64,000 bases of DNA from a virus: IMG/VR virus record IMGVR_UViG_3300042563_002443, one strand, 5' to 3'. The notes below the pieces were generated by a model. That model was given only the letters and a program-made list of their open reading frames with translations. It made no database searches and was not told the DNA's origin. Position numbers and translations under genes: made by a program. Each line of letters opens with the position of its first letter. Position 1 is the stretch's first letter. Shown here one piece after another: positions 18,210 through 29,562 of this stretch.

Positions 18210-20090
18210 ATGGAAACTAAAAAAGATATATCATATTTAGGAAAAGACTTTGGTCAGTTTAGGAAAGGGCTAATTGATTTTACTAAACAATATTTTCCAG
18301 ATACATATGTAGACTTCAATGAATCATCGCCAGGAATGGTATTCTTAGAATTAGCTGCGTATGTAGGCGATGTGTTATCATACTATGCAGATTCAAACTT
18401 AAAAGAGTCTATGTTAGAACAAGCATCGGAACGAGCTAATATATTTGATATTGCAAAATCATTGGGATATAATCCTAATAATGTTGTCCCGGCATATGTA
18501 ACATTGGATGTATTTCATATTATACCATCGATTGGAGCAGGAGCTGCAGTAGCACCGGATTTTAATTATGCATTATCAATTAAACCTGGTATGCGCGTTA
18601 AACAAAATAATGGTGCTGCAATATTTAGAACATTGGATAGCATAGATTTTGCATATTCATCGTCGACTAGTCCTACCGAAATAACCATATATGAAAGTAA
18701 TGCTACAACAAAATTACCAACATATTATTTGCTTAAAAAACAAGTGCGTGCAGTGTCAGGAGACGTTAAAACAGCAACATACAGTTTTACAACACCATTA
18801 GCATATGATAAAATAGTATTACCTGATACAAATATTTCGGAAATTATTTCAGTTGTTGAATCTGATGGAGATAATTGGTATCAAGTACCATACTTGGCTC
18901 AAGATACTATTTTTGAAGATGTTCCAAATTTGGCAGAAAACGACCCAGATCTGGCACAATATCGATCATCATCTCCTAGTTTATTAAAATTAAAGAAAAC
19001 TGCAAAACGTTATATAACACGTTTACGTAGCGATAACAAATTAGAATTACAATTTGGAGCAGGCATCTCAGATAATAATGATGAAGAAATAGTTCCAAAT
19101 CCAGATAATGTAGGAAATGGATTAGCAGGATTTCGTCGTAATGTTGATGTTGATATTGACCCATCAAATTTTTTATATACTAGAACATATGGACAAGCAC
19201 CATCTAATACTACATTAACAATAACATATACTATAGGAAATGGAATTGTAGATAATGTCCCTGCAAATGTATTAACACTAGTTAATTTTGTTGAATATAA
19301 TGATGATATTAATACATCAACCAGTGGCAATCTAGTTAATTTTGTTAAATCAACAATTGCTGTTAATAATAGTGGGCCTGCTTCTGGAGCTAAAACTTCT
19401 GATACTTTGCAAGACATTAAAAATAATGCGTTAGCTAATTTTGCAACTCAGAATCGTTTAGTAACAAGAGAAGATTATATAATTCGCGCATATTCAATGC
19501 CAGCAAAATTTGGTAGTGTTGCAAAAGCATATATTGTACCAGATGATCAAATAACACAAACAAATTATCAACAATCTAGAATTGCTAATCCATTAGCAAT
19601 GAACATGTATGTTTTAGGATTTAATGATTCAAAACAATTATTTGAATTAAATCAAGCAGTAAAAGAAAATTTAAAAACATATCTTAACTATTATCGTATT
19701 TTAACAGATGCTGTTAATATTAAAGATGCATTTATTATTAATTTAGGTATTGATTTCGAAATTTCGGTTTTGCCAAATTATAATAGCAATGAAGTTTTAT
19801 TGAAATGCATTAATGCATTAAAATCAATGTTTAATGTTGATCGATGGCAAATTAATCAACCAATCATAAAATCAGATATAACTACTACGTTAGCTAATAT
19901 AAAAGGAGTTCAGACAGTAGTCGGAGCAACAATTTCAAATCTATATGATATTACATTTGGATATTCTGGCAATGTTTATGATATAAATTCTGCTACTAAA
20001 AATGGAGTAATATATCCTTCATTAGATCCTAGTATATTTGAAGTAAAATTTCCAAATCGAGACATTAAAGGTCGCGTAGTAAATCAGTAA
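18210..20090 (+). CDS. baseplate wedge protein gp6-like
   Basis: DFNESSPG...LAAYVGDVLSYY, LQFGAG, QNRLVTREDY. Confidence 0.9.
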   Translation: METKKDISYLGKDFGQFRKGLIDFTKQYFPDTYVDFNESSPGMVFLELAAYVGDVLSYYADSNLKESMLEQASERANIFDIAKSLGYNPNNVVPAYVTLDVFHIIPSIGAGAAVAPDFNYALSIKPGMRVKQNNGAAIFRTLDSIDFAYSSSTSPTEITIYESNATTKLPTYYLLKKQVRAVSGDVKTATYSFTTPLAYDKIVLPDTNISEIISVVESDGDNWYQVPYLAQDTIFEDVPNLAENDPDLAQYRSSSPSLLKLKKTAKRYITRLRSDNKLELQFGAGISDNNDEEIVPNPDNVGNGLAGFRRNVDVDIDPSNFLYTRTYGQAPSNTTLTITYTIGNGIVDNVPANVLTLVNFVEYNDDINTSTSGNLVNFVKSTIAVNNSGPASGAKTSDTLQDIKNNALANFATQNRLVTREDYIIRAYSMPAKFGSVAKAYIVPDDQITQTNYQQSRIANPLAMNMYVLGFNDSKQLFELNQAVKENLKTYLNYYRILTDAVNIKDAFIINLGIDFEISVLPNYNSNEVLLKCINALKSMFNVDRWQINQPIIKSDITTTLANIKGVQTVVGATISNLYDITFGYSGNVYDINSATKNGVIYPSLDPSIFEVKFPNRDIKGRVVNQ

Positions 20091-20100
20091 AGGAATATAA

Positions 20101-21219
20101 ATGTTTAGAATATTTTATGCAGCAAAAGACGCAACGTTATATGAATCAATACCAGCATATAATACTGGTCTAGACGAAATTTTAGAAGTTGGTAAACGAT
20201 TGGGCACTGACGGTGCTACTTTGTTAAAGTCTAGAAGTGCTATTAAATTTGATATGACTGAAATTTCTGCATCATTATCTACATATGGAAAGTCAGTTAC
20301 TGATTGTAAATTTGTATTGCAATTATTTACATCTGATGCAAAAAATCTTCCTGCAGAATATTCGGTTCATGCAAAATTAGCTGGCCAGGATTGGACTAAT
20401 GGCACTGGATATCAATCTGCGTTAACAACAAATGGTGTAACATGGAACGGTCCTTATAGTGGCTCTTCTTGGATTTCATCAAGTCAAAACATAAAAATTG
20501 GAACTAGCACATTGTATGTATCAGGAAGTGGTACTGGTGGCTCTTGGTTGTTTCAATCTAGTTCGGTTGGATCTACTGCAGGACTAATATCATCTGAATC
20601 ATTTTCTTATCGTACCACTGATATTAATATGGATGTTACAAATGCATTAAAAGTATGGTTAAGCGGAAGTGGTGGTGCCTCAATAACCAATAATGGATTC
20701 TTAATTCAATTTTCTGATACTGATGAATTAAATGATACAGTAACTGGATTTGTTAGATATTTTAGTCGAGAAACACATACCATATATGTTCCTAAATTAA
20801 CAATGTATTTTGATAATAGTGCATTTGTTACTGGATCATTGACAGCATCTAATTTAGAATCATATATAGTTTATACTAAAATTAAACCGCAGTATAAAGA
20901 TACTGAGATTGCTAAAATTAGAATATATGCACGAGACAAATTTCCTCAAAAATCACCAACAAATTTATTTCCTATAGAAACAATTAAATATTTGCCGTCA
21001 ACTACTACGTATGCGGTATTTGATGCTCAAACAGATGAAGCTATAATTCCATATGATGATATTTATAATAAAGTAAGTTGTGATAGTACCAGTAATTATA
21101 TCTATATAGACATGAATGGGTTTATGCCAGAACGTTATTATCGGTTAGAGCTAAAAATCAAAGAAGGATTTACTGAACAGTATATCAACGACAAAATTAA
21201 TTTTAAAGTAGTTAGATAA
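20101..21219 (+). CDS. virion structural protein (DNRLRE-like N-terminal domain)
   Basis: KDATLYE...NTGLDEILEV...RSAIKFD...NNGFLI...FSRET...PKL pattern; within the baseplate cluster. Confidence 0.6.
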   Translation: MFRIFYAAKDATLYESIPAYNTGLDEILEVGKRLGTDGATLLKSRSAIKFDMTEISASLSTYGKSVTDCKFVLQLFTSDAKNLPAEYSVHAKLAGQDWTNGTGYQSALTTNGVTWNGPYSGSSWISSSQNIKIGTSTLYVSGSGTGGSWLFQSSSVGSTAGLISSESFSYRTTDINMDVTNALKVWLSGSGGASITNNGFLIQFSDTDELNDTVTGFVRYFSRETHTIYVPKLTMYFDNSAFVTGSLTASNLESYIVYTKIKPQYKDTEIAKIRIYARDKFPQKSPTNLFPIETIKYLPSTTTYAVFDAQTDEAIIPYDDIYNKVSCDSTSNYIYIDMNGFMPERYYRLELKIKEGFTEQYINDKINFKVVR

Positions 21220-22451
21220 TGGCAATGCAGGATCAAGCTCGGTATTATTCTTTAGGGATGACATATATGTCAGACAATCAATCAATTATACCTAGAGATT
21301 TAGCCGGAAATATATTATTTGAAGAATCTGCCTTAGTTAAGCCGTTATTAATTATTGAACCGGTAGCAGAACAAATAACTACAATATCAACATTACGTGT
21401 TTTAGATACTGCATTTCAATATTATAAATTTCCCGTATCAGTTAATATTACATCTTCTAATGTTGATGTTAATGTTGATTTTGAAATTCAGGCACAAGAA
21501 ATTGAAGAACAAGATTTAATTTCTACTCGTTATACGATACCTCCTATATTTGATACACAAAATCAGCCACAGACCTATTTAAGAATTAATACATCAGCCT
21601 TCAGTACTTGGTTTAAACAGGATGGGAATGGAGCTCTTGACGCTGGACCTAGAAGATTACCATTTGTTGGACCGGAGCAACAAGAACTAGGCACATATAC
21701 AATCACACAAAATACATTAGATACATTACGTGCTAAAAATCAAACTCTCAAATTTACTATAAAAACTCAGTTTACATCTCAAAACAAATCAGGCAACGTT
21801 GGCTTTAGGATGATTATTGGACGAGCAACGCCAGAAACTTTTCGATCATCCGGATTTTTATATGAATTATATTCAGAAACAAAAGGAGATTTTGGAACAA
21901 ATGAATATCCTGTATTAGAATTAGAATATGTGCTTGATATAATCAACGAGGCAGCATATGATAATTATGAAATTAATGTAGTTGCTGGAGATAATGCCTG
22001 GGTATTAACTGACAACTGTTATTGGCGAATTGATGTTATTGATATTCCTACAACACCATCATTAACTGGTACAATTGGCCATGGCGTATATTCATTTGGT
22101 GGTAACTCGAGATTAAGCGAAATTCAACTTTACGGCACAACATACCCAATATTTGAACAAGTTAATGGTCAAATAGAGGCATTAGGATATTATGCGCTTC
22201 CGGGAACGACAAGTACGACAACACCAAGTTCAGATAATACTAGTACCCCGCCACCTGCGTATAACTTTCCAGATGATGGTACAGGTTACTTGATTACTGG
22301 TGAGTACTTTCCGTTTGGCTTCCCTGGATTTGAAAATGAGGTGCGAAATTTATTAACTGTTAACACCGGTCAAATACTTGGTTCATGGTCATTTTATAAC
22401 AATGTATGGTACGAGATATACGAGAATGAAGATAATTGGGGTCAAGGCTAA
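21219..22451 (+). CDS. hypothetical structural protein
   Basis: Coupled ORF within the baseplate cluster. Confidence 0.7.
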   Translation: MAMQDQARYYSLGMTYMSDNQSIIPRDLAGNILFEESALVKPLLIIEPVAEQITTISTLRVLDTAFQYYKFPVSVNITSSNVDVNVDFEIQAQEIEEQDLISTRYTIPPIFDTQNQPQTYLRINTSAFSTWFKQDGNGALDAGPRRLPFVGPEQQELGTYTITQNTLDTLRAKNQTLKFTIKTQFTSQNKSGNVGFRMIIGRATPETFRSSGFLYELYSETKGDFGTNEYPVLELEYVLDIINEAAYDNYEINVVAGDNAWVLTDNCYWRIDVIDIPTTPSLTGTIGHGVYSFGGNSRLSEIQLYGTTYPIFEQVNGQIEALGYYALPGTTSTTTPSSDNTSTPPPAYNFPDDGTGYLITGEYFPFGFPGFENEVRNLLTVNTGQILGSWSFYNNVWYEIYENEDNWGQG

Positions 22452-25400
22452 ATGATAACACAATACAAAAATATTGACCAAATAAATAGTGCAACTAAAT
22501 CTGTTTCAGCAACACGTTTAGACAAATCAGTAACTGAATTTTTAAGCTATTCTGCAGATAATCGCTTTACACTCATTCCTGCAATTTCTAAGCAAAAAGA
22601 CCCAAGTTGTGTTGAATTACATGTTTATTCGGGTGGTGTTTGGCAAACCGGTAATCATAAAATTCAATTACAAACAAAAATACCAACATATGTAGATAAA
22701 ACTACTGGCCGGACTATTACGTTTCCAACTGACCCGATTGCAATCAATTTATATGATGAATTTAATAAATTAAAATTAACAGCAGGAAATTTTAAAATTG
22801 CGGTTAATTTCTTTAAAAATTTAATTGGTAGTTATGACCAGCAACATTTAAGAATTGATGAAATATCTCCAGATAGAACCGAAATACGTTTACGGGCTAT
22901 TGATGATACAAATCCAGCATTTTTAGCGCAGATAACAGATTATATAAACACAGTACGACACACATCGTCATCGTTTTATAAAACATATTTATTAAACTTT
23001 AGTAGAAATCAAACTGCGTTAGTTGTAAATAGCGTCGTTATTGGCGAGTATGTTTACGTTAAACTTTACGAACCATTAGCTGATATATTTGATATAAATT
23101 TTAAATGCTGGGTCGTAGAAGAACTTAAACCAGCATATATTGATAATGTTGCTTTTGTATTAGCAGCTGCATTATCAAAATCATATAAATTAGCAAACCC
23201 AAATTGGAATGCTAACGCAATACATAATGTATCATCAGAAACTAGTATGCAAACATGGCATGATTTATTAGGATCATCCGTACAAACATCGCAACAAATT
23301 GTTGATACATATTTCTCCGGAAGCTTATCCGGAATGACATTAAACGTTGATTATTCTGATTTTAACAATTTTATATTTTATAGCTCAGCAACTGAACGAT
23401 TAGAAAACTTTAAATACAAATTAGAATTACTAGAATATTATACATCACAAAGTTTAGTTGTAGCACAATTATCTGGAAGTGTTGCTACAACAAATGTCGC
23501 AGATTATGCTTCTAGCAAAACTAGTTTAATTAGTGGATTTGATTCTTTTGAAAAATATTTATATTATCAATCATCATCAATTTTATCAACAAATCCAATT
23601 CCACACGAATCTCCTATAGTTGCACAAGTTACGGGAAGCTATATTAGTCCAATTCCTAAAACTAATTCAACAGTACCATATACATTGGCTAATACAACAG
23701 GCAGTCAATTTAAAACATGGTACCAAAATGTATATGATTCTGCATCATTATATGATACATTAAATTATAATGCATTAGTATATGCTATTCCAGAATTTAT
23801 TCGATATGATGCAATGAATGATGGTATAACAACATTTGCTAACATGTTAGGACATCATTATGACATATTGTATACTTACATTAGTAATATGTCTAGAATT
23901 AACAATCGAGATGAAAATCCTAATTTAGGTATGCCAAATGAATTGCTATATTCAGTAGCAAAACAATTTGGTTGGCATTTAACTGAAGGTAATCAATATC
24001 AGGATTTATGGCAATATGTTCTAGGAACAAATGAAGCCGGAATTCCGTTAACGGGGTCTAATACAGTTGGGGAACCATCAGTTCCGGGTCGCGATATGAC
24101 TTATGCAGTATGGAGACGTATTGTAAATAACTTGCCGTTATTATTAAAAAGTAAAGGCACCAAACGAAGTGTGCAAGCATTATTATCTTGTTATGGTATT
24201 CCACAATCAATGATATCAATCAATGAATATGGAGGTCCTAGATTAGATAGAGCACCAGTATATGAAAAATTAAATTTTGATTATGCATTAGATTCAATTG
24301 CCAATTCTGCAGGTACGGTTACTGTAAATTATTCACAATCAATTAATACAGTTGAACTTCGTTTCCGTACAGACAATGTAATTACTAATCCTAGTATATC
24401 AAGTACCATGAATTTGTTTAACGTGGGTTCAAATGCAGTTACTTTAAAATATACATCTGGGACATTAGGTAAAATACAAATTAATGGTACTGGATCTGCT
24501 AACATTGAAATGTTTGACGGCGGTTGGATAAACATGATGCTTAAAACATCTGGAGCTAATTTGCAAGTAGTAGCCGCTCGTTCTAAATACGGAAAAATTG
24601 TAGCGGAAGTATCAGCATCAGCAACAGCATCATTTGACAATTCAGGATCTGTTGTATTGGGTAGTACTAGCGCCGGCTATACTCGTTTGAAAGGCGAACT
24701 TCAAGAATTAAGATTATGGAGTTCAAGTTTAGACACTTCTTATTTTGAAAATCATACGAAATCGCCGGCGGCATATAATAGTTTAGATCCTTACAATGAC
24801 CTAGTATTTAGATTACCATTGACTCAAAAGATTAATCATACATTAACAAGTTCATTAACAGGCGTACAACCTAAGTTGTCTACAATATCAGCATCATTCG
24901 CTGGTTGGTCTTCTGCTACTCCATATGATTCAATTGAAGAAACATATTATTATGATGCACCTTCTTTAGGAATGGGCACATTTGATGATAATAAAATTCG
25001 GTTGGAAGACAATGATTTGGTTGGAACGCTAGATGTTAAAACTAGAGCCGAACGCAGTCAGTTTGATAAAGCGCCATTAGACAGCAAACGTTTAGGAATT
25101 TATTTTTCTCCACAAACAATGATTGATGAAGATATCATTGCACAACTAGGATTTACAGAATTAGATCAATATATTGGAGATCCAGGAAACAATGAATCTA
25201 GATCATATCCTGGATTAATACAAGCTGCTCAAAACTATTGGAAAAAATATTCAACTAGCAATGACTTTAATGCTTATATTAACATGTTTACATTGTTTGA
25301 TTTATCATTCTTTAAACAATTAGAACAATTATTACCTGCACGTGCTGACAAATTAACTGGTATATTAATACAACCAAATTTATTAGAACGTAGTAAAGAT

Positions 25401-25931
25401 GCAGTATTACCAACAATTAAACGTGAAGATGTTAGTTATTCAATTGAAATATTTGATACAGCCCCAACTGCATCGGGTGATTATTTGCAATATGTTGGCA
25501 GCATTTCTAACAAAATATTATCAATCAATGCAATCGATGATGACCAATGGCAAGCATATTTAACGTCTCCGCGGGCTGCATCTAAATCAGGTACTATATA
25601 TTCACATGATTATTTAATATTATCAGGTAGCCGATATATAACAGGATCTTCGCCGTATTGGAGTAGTGAAGCTGAATTACCTGTTATAACATCTGCAGTT
25701 ACTTCTGAATTCAGATTTGCGTCAAAGTCAATATTAGCGCAAGTACAAGATTATCTACCAACAGGTATTAACAATCAAAGATATAATGGATCAAAACTTA
25801 CTTCGCCTGGATTTAATATAAATTCAACCCAAACAGTTGATGGTGGCCCAGTAGTCGAATACCGAAGAGCTAATCCAAATCAATTAATAATTCAAAATGG
25901 CGGCACACAAGGTAGTTTTGTATTAGTTTAG
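22452..25931 (+). CDS. large baseplate/tail protein with LamG-like domain
   Basis: LLKSKGTKRSVQALLSCYG wedge-type motif; LKGELQELRLWS LamG-like motif. Confidence 0.7.
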   Translation: MITQYKNIDQINSATKSVSATRLDKSVTEFLSYSADNRFTLIPAISKQKDPSCVELHVYSGGVWQTGNHKIQLQTKIPTYVDKTTGRTITFPTDPIAINLYDEFNKLKLTAGNFKIAVNFFKNLIGSYDQQHLRIDEISPDRTEIRLRAIDDTNPAFLAQITDYINTVRHTSSSFYKTYLLNFSRNQTALVVNSVVIGEYVYVKLYEPLADIFDINFKCWVVEELKPAYIDNVAFVLAAALSKSYKLANPNWNANAIHNVSSETSMQTWHDLLGSSVQTSQQIVDTYFSGSLSGMTLNVDYSDFNNFIFYSSATERLENFKYKLELLEYYTSQSLVVAQLSGSVATTNVADYASSKTSLISGFDSFEKYLYYQSSSILSTNPIPHESPIVAQVTGSYISPIPKTNSTVPYTLANTTGSQFKTWYQNVYDSASLYDTLNYNALVYAIPEFIRYDAMNDGITTFANMLGHHYDILYTYISNMSRINNRDENPNLGMPNELLYSVAKQFGWHLTEGNQYQDLWQYVLGTNEAGIPLTGSNTVGEPSVPGRDMTYAVWRRIVNNLPLLLKSKGTKRSVQALLSCYGIPQSMISINEYGGPRLDRAPVYEKLNFDYALDSIANSAGTVTVNYSQSINTVELRFRTDNVITNPSISSTMNLFNVGSNAVTLKYTSGTLGKIQINGTGSANIEMFDGGWINMMLKTSGANLQVVAARSKYGKIVAEVSASATASFDNSGSVVLGSTSAGYTRLKGELQELRLWSSSLDTSYFENHTKSPAAYNSLDPYNDLVFRLPLTQKINHTLTSSLTGVQPKLSTISASFAGWSSATPYDSIEETYYYDAPSLGMGTFDDNKIRLEDNDLVGTLDVKTRAERSQFDKAPLDSKRLGIYFSPQTMIDEDIIAQLGFTELDQYIGDPGNNESRSYPGLIQAAQNYWKKYSTSNDFNAYINMFTLFDLSFFKQLEQLLPARADKLTGILIQPNLLERSKDAVLPTIKREDVSYSIEIFDTAPTASGDYLQYVGSISNKILSINAIDDDQWQAYLTSPRAASKSGTIYSHDYLILSGSRYITGSSPYWSSEAELPVITSAVTSEFRFASKSILAQVQDYLPTGINNQRYNGSKLTSPGFNINSTQTVDGGPVVEYRRANPNQLIIQNGGTQGSFVLV

Positions 25932-25980
25932 CATCAAAATTAACAACATGTATATTTATATTAAATAAGGTTAAAACAAT

Positions 25981-26631
25981 ATGGGATATTTAGATAATAC
26001 AAGCGTAACTATAGACGCTATATTAACAATCAAAGGACGAGAGTTGCTAGCAAGAGGCGGCAATGCATTTAATATTACTCAATTTGCTGTAGGCGATGAT
26101 GAAGTAGATTATTCATTATGGAATCCAGATCATCCGCTCGGAACAAACTATTATGGTACTATTATAGAAAATATGCCGGTAACTGAAGCAATACCGGATG
26201 AGACACAGGCATTAAAATACAAATTAATTTCATTGCCAAAACAAACGATAAACATACCGGTTATAACTGTTGGTAATACATCGATAACGTTGGCTGCTCC
26301 TGGAAATAGTGCTATTATTTCTCCTAATACAAGCAATTTCCAAGGCGGAAATGCAACATTAGGATATACAGCAATATTATCTGATTCAACTGCAGCTGAT
26401 ATACAAGTTACTAGAGCATTACAAAACTCCGTTGTTCCAACTACTCCTAGATTTATTGGAGATAATGAAGATGCACAAAGTGTAGCAGTATCAGGATTTG
26501 AATTCCGTATTGTAGGAAAAACTCAAATGCTTGCTGATAAAACTGCTAGTATTACAATTATTGCAAATGAAACGGGTGGTAGTATTACAATTAATTTAAC
26601 AGTTAAACGCGTAACGACTGCAACTCAGTAA
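25981..26631 (+). CDS. tail/baseplate structural protein
   Basis: ILTIKGRELLA...ITQFAVGD tail-collar-like N-terminus; late box at 25952. Confidence 0.65.
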   Translation: MGYLDNTSVTIDAILTIKGRELLARGGNAFNITQFAVGDDEVDYSLWNPDHPLGTNYYGTIIENMPVTEAIPDETQALKYKLISLPKQTINIPVITVGNTSITLAAPGNSAIISPNTSNFQGGNATLGYTAILSDSTAADIQVTRALQNSVVPTTPRFIGDNEDAQSVAVSGFEFRIVGKTQMLADKTASITIIANETGGSITINLTVKRVTTATQ

Positions 26632-26645
26632 ATAGAAATAAAAAT

Positions 26646-27923
26646 ATGAATACATCGATATTAATTGATCAATTAAAAAAACAATCTAGACAAGGAATAA
26701 CTCCTGCAAGAACAAATATGGCAGGCCAACTTCCAGATACTAGATCAGGCGCACCACAGACAGCCGCTGCGGCTGTAAGTCAACAAGTTCAACAATTAGC
26801 TCAGCAATTAGCAAATCAAATGGTTGCAGAACAGCAACAAGCACAAATTACAGCAAGAAATGGTCGTGTATATACTAAATTTGATATGGTAAATGATGTT
26901 ATTTCTAATCAGACTGAAATTGTTACTGCAGGTTTATGGAGCGATAATGTAGCTGGGTTAAAAACTTACTTTACATCATCAACTCAAACAAACACGCAAC
27001 GAGCATATTATGTAGATGTATTACAATCTAATCCAAGTGTGTCAGGATCAGCAACTCAATTTTCAATAGCTTGGGGACATGCATTAGGTAGTGGATCTGA
27101 TTCACAAGGGCAACTTAATGATTCTCCTAGTAAAGCAATTTATTCTCAATATCGGCAATTATTATTGAATCCAACTGATACTCGGTTTACAACAAAAGGA
27201 TCGGGTAGCACTGACTACATATACGTTGTTAACTTTAAACGTAATCGTTTGAAAGAACGTATGGATCCAGGAAATTTTGAATTACCATTAAGTAAAATTA
27301 ATACAAGAACATCAAATGCAACAGGTTCTGTAACAACAGCCTCTGGTGTTTTTACATTGATTGATGATTCATCTATTGCTTCTGCAACATTAGTGGGCTC
27401 AGGCAAAGTATTTAATATAGTATCAGGCTCGATTAATTCAGGAGTTTATAATCCTACAGCGCCTGTTTATTATGGATTAATGTATCCGGATTATGGAACT
27501 TTGATATTAGATGGCAAAATGATGGATCAACAATTAGGATTTAAAACTGTATCTGGATCAAGTGTTGAAGGAAATAATCATTTTGTATTATATCATTCAA
27601 TTTCAGGTTCATCTCTAACAACTAATCCATCAACAGGTGATCCTTATAGTTTCCTAGCAAGAAATTCAGAAAAAATTACAAGTACACATTATTTTGTACG
27701 AATTAAAAATGCAGAATATAATTTTTCAAATAATCCATCATATGTTACCGGAAGTGTAGGGCAAATTGCACAAAGTTCATTTATTGGTGATCCTAAAACA
27801 TATATAACTACAATTGGGTTGTATAGTAATAGTCAAGAATTATTAGCAGTTGCAAAATTAAGTAAGCCATTATTAAAATCTTTCCAAAGAGAAGCTCTTA
27901 TACGAGTGAAGTTAGATTACTAA
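26646..27923 (+). CDS. tail/baseplate structural protein
   Basis: C-terminal YITTIGLY...ELLAVAKLSKP domain shared with the next gene. Confidence 0.7.
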   Translation: MNTSILIDQLKKQSRQGITPARTNMAGQLPDTRSGAPQTAAAAVSQQVQQLAQQLANQMVAEQQQAQITARNGRVYTKFDMVNDVISNQTEIVTAGLWSDNVAGLKTYFTSSTQTNTQRAYYVDVLQSNPSVSGSATQFSIAWGHALGSGSDSQGQLNDSPSKAIYSQYRQLLLNPTDTRFTTKGSGSTDYIYVVNFKRNRLKERMDPGNFELPLSKINTRTSNATGSVTTASGVFTLIDDSSIASATLVGSGKVFNIVSGSINSGVYNPTAPVYYGLMYPDYGTLILDGKMMDQQLGFKTVSGSSVEGNNHFVLYHSISGSSLTTNPSTGDPYSFLARNSEKITSTHYFVRIKNAEYNFSNNPSYVTGSVGQIAQSSFIGDPKTYITTIGLYSNSQELLAVAKLSKPLLKSFQREALIRVKLDY

Positions 27924-27942
27924 AATAATACACTGAATTAGG

Positions 27943-27982
27943 CCCTGTTATATTTATATTAAATGTAGCAGGGTTTTTACTG
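27943..27982 (+). terminator. terminator hairpin containing a late promoter box, with TTTTACTG tail
   Basis: CCCTGTTATATTTA-tat-TAAATGTAGCAGGG (14 bp, 2 G:U) then TTTTTACTG; ATATTTAT at 27950-27957. Confidence 0.75.
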
Positions 27983-27985
27983 ATT

Positions 27986-29560
27986 ATGGCAGAATCTAGA
28001 ATTATAAATACAGAAACGTATCAAGGATTATATCCTACGGTCTTCAAAAAAATTGACAGTTCAGACGTATCTGTCAATCCGTTTAAGGCATATAAATCTT
28101 GGTCTATTTATTCAGGCAGTTCTACTTCTAGCGCATTACCATTAAATGGTGTATATACCGACATCAATAATTTACCGGCACTCGGATCTGAATTAACATA
28201 CAATGATTTGATGAATATTGATGGAACATTGCAATCAATAACATATTATTCAATCAATCATTTATATTACAAATATAAAGATCAGCCAGCAAAAACATTT
28301 GGTCCGACCAATTTAAATCGCACAAAAAAAGCTTTGTATCAATCGGCATCAATTATTGCAATTCCACAATTAAAAATTGGAGAAGCAATTAAACCGGCTT
28401 CATTTGCATTAACAACAACTGGTTATTCATTAGCATCTGATGTATATAGCAATGTATATGATACTGCATTTAATACTAGTTCAATCGTTGGTGGCGAAAC
28501 ATTGTATGAAGGATTCAATGAATATTTTGATACAAGCAGAATTAAATATACATCGGAAAACGTAACATATGTGCCTGGCGTTAAAACTAGCACGGGGTCA
28601 ACACTATCAATTGGTTTAGCTGCTAAATTTAATCTTAAAGGATATATTGATATTCCAATTGATGGATATTATGATCGTGATCATGATTATGCAATTTCAT
28701 TGTTTATAAGTTCTTCTGCACATGGGTCTAGCGATAATCAATTGATACTAGCAAAAGCATCAGGTTCTTCACAAGCACAATATCCATTTAAAATTGAATT
28801 AAGTGGTAGTAATAGTATTGTATTTTCTGCAGCAGGAAGCACATCATTTAAAACACAAGTTACTAGTTCAGTATTATCTGGAGATTGGAATCATGTTGTT
28901 TGCCAAAAATCAGGCAGTTTATTAAAAATACATGTTAATGGAACATTGAATAATTCAGTAACCGATTCGTTATTAATAAATACAATGTCTCCGTTTACTG
29001 CTAGCGCCAGAATTGATAATACTAGCACAGTAAAAATAGGCGGTTATGCCAGCGGATATTCAGGTCTAAGTGCTGTACTAGATGAAATTAGAGTCTTTAA
29101 TAAGTCGCTTACAACTGCCAATATAAGTGCGTTATCCGACCGTAGCGAGGGTGGTACATTTTTGCAAACAGCAAATGTAGGCAACGTATTTGGCAAACAT
29201 GGCGTAGTTGTAATATCAACTCCGGATTATCGATATAACGGCCTTTTGTCTAGTCCATATACTGCAAGTTATCGTAGTACAGTTACTATACATGAATTAA
29301 GTGCTATTGCCCGTTTAGATGCTGGTGATTTTAATATGTCGACCAATTTATCATTGACACAAGATGATGATCAAACATATTTTCCATTTGTTAGTGGCAG
29401 TGATTTTGCTCCGTATATAACTACAATTGGTTTATATGATGATGCAGGACAACTAGTTGCAATTGGAAAATTAGCTCAACCAATTAAAAAAAGAAATGAT
29501 GTTGATATGAATTTTTTGATTCGCATTGACTTGGATACAAATATTGCGTTTAAAGGATAA
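27986..29560 (+). CDS. LamG-domain tail/baseplate structural protein
   Basis: WNHVVCQKSG...LDEIRVFNKSL LamG motifs; C-terminal YITTIGLYDD...AIGKLAQP paralogous to the previous gene. Confidence 0.75.
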   Translation: MAESRIINTETYQGLYPTVFKKIDSSDVSVNPFKAYKSWSIYSGSSTSSALPLNGVYTDINNLPALGSELTYNDLMNIDGTLQSITYYSINHLYYKYKDQPAKTFGPTNLNRTKKALYQSASIIAIPQLKIGEAIKPASFALTTTGYSLASDVYSNVYDTAFNTSSIVGGETLYEGFNEYFDTSRIKYTSENVTYVPGVKTSTGSTLSIGLAAKFNLKGYIDIPIDGYYDRDHDYAISLFISSSAHGSSDNQLILAKASGSSQAQYPFKIELSGSNSIVFSAAGSTSFKTQVTSSVLSGDWNHVVCQKSGSLLKIHVNGTLNNSVTDSLLINTMSPFTASARIDNTSTVKIGGYASGYSGLSAVLDEIRVFNKSLTTANISALSDRSEGGTFLQTANVGNVFGKHGVVVISTPDYRYNGLLSSPYTASYRSTVTIHELSAIARLDAGDFNMSTNLSLTQDDDQTYFPFVSGSDFAPYITTIGLYDDAGQLVAIGKLAQPIKKRNDVDMNFLIRIDLDTNIAFKG

Positions 29561-29562
29561 TC

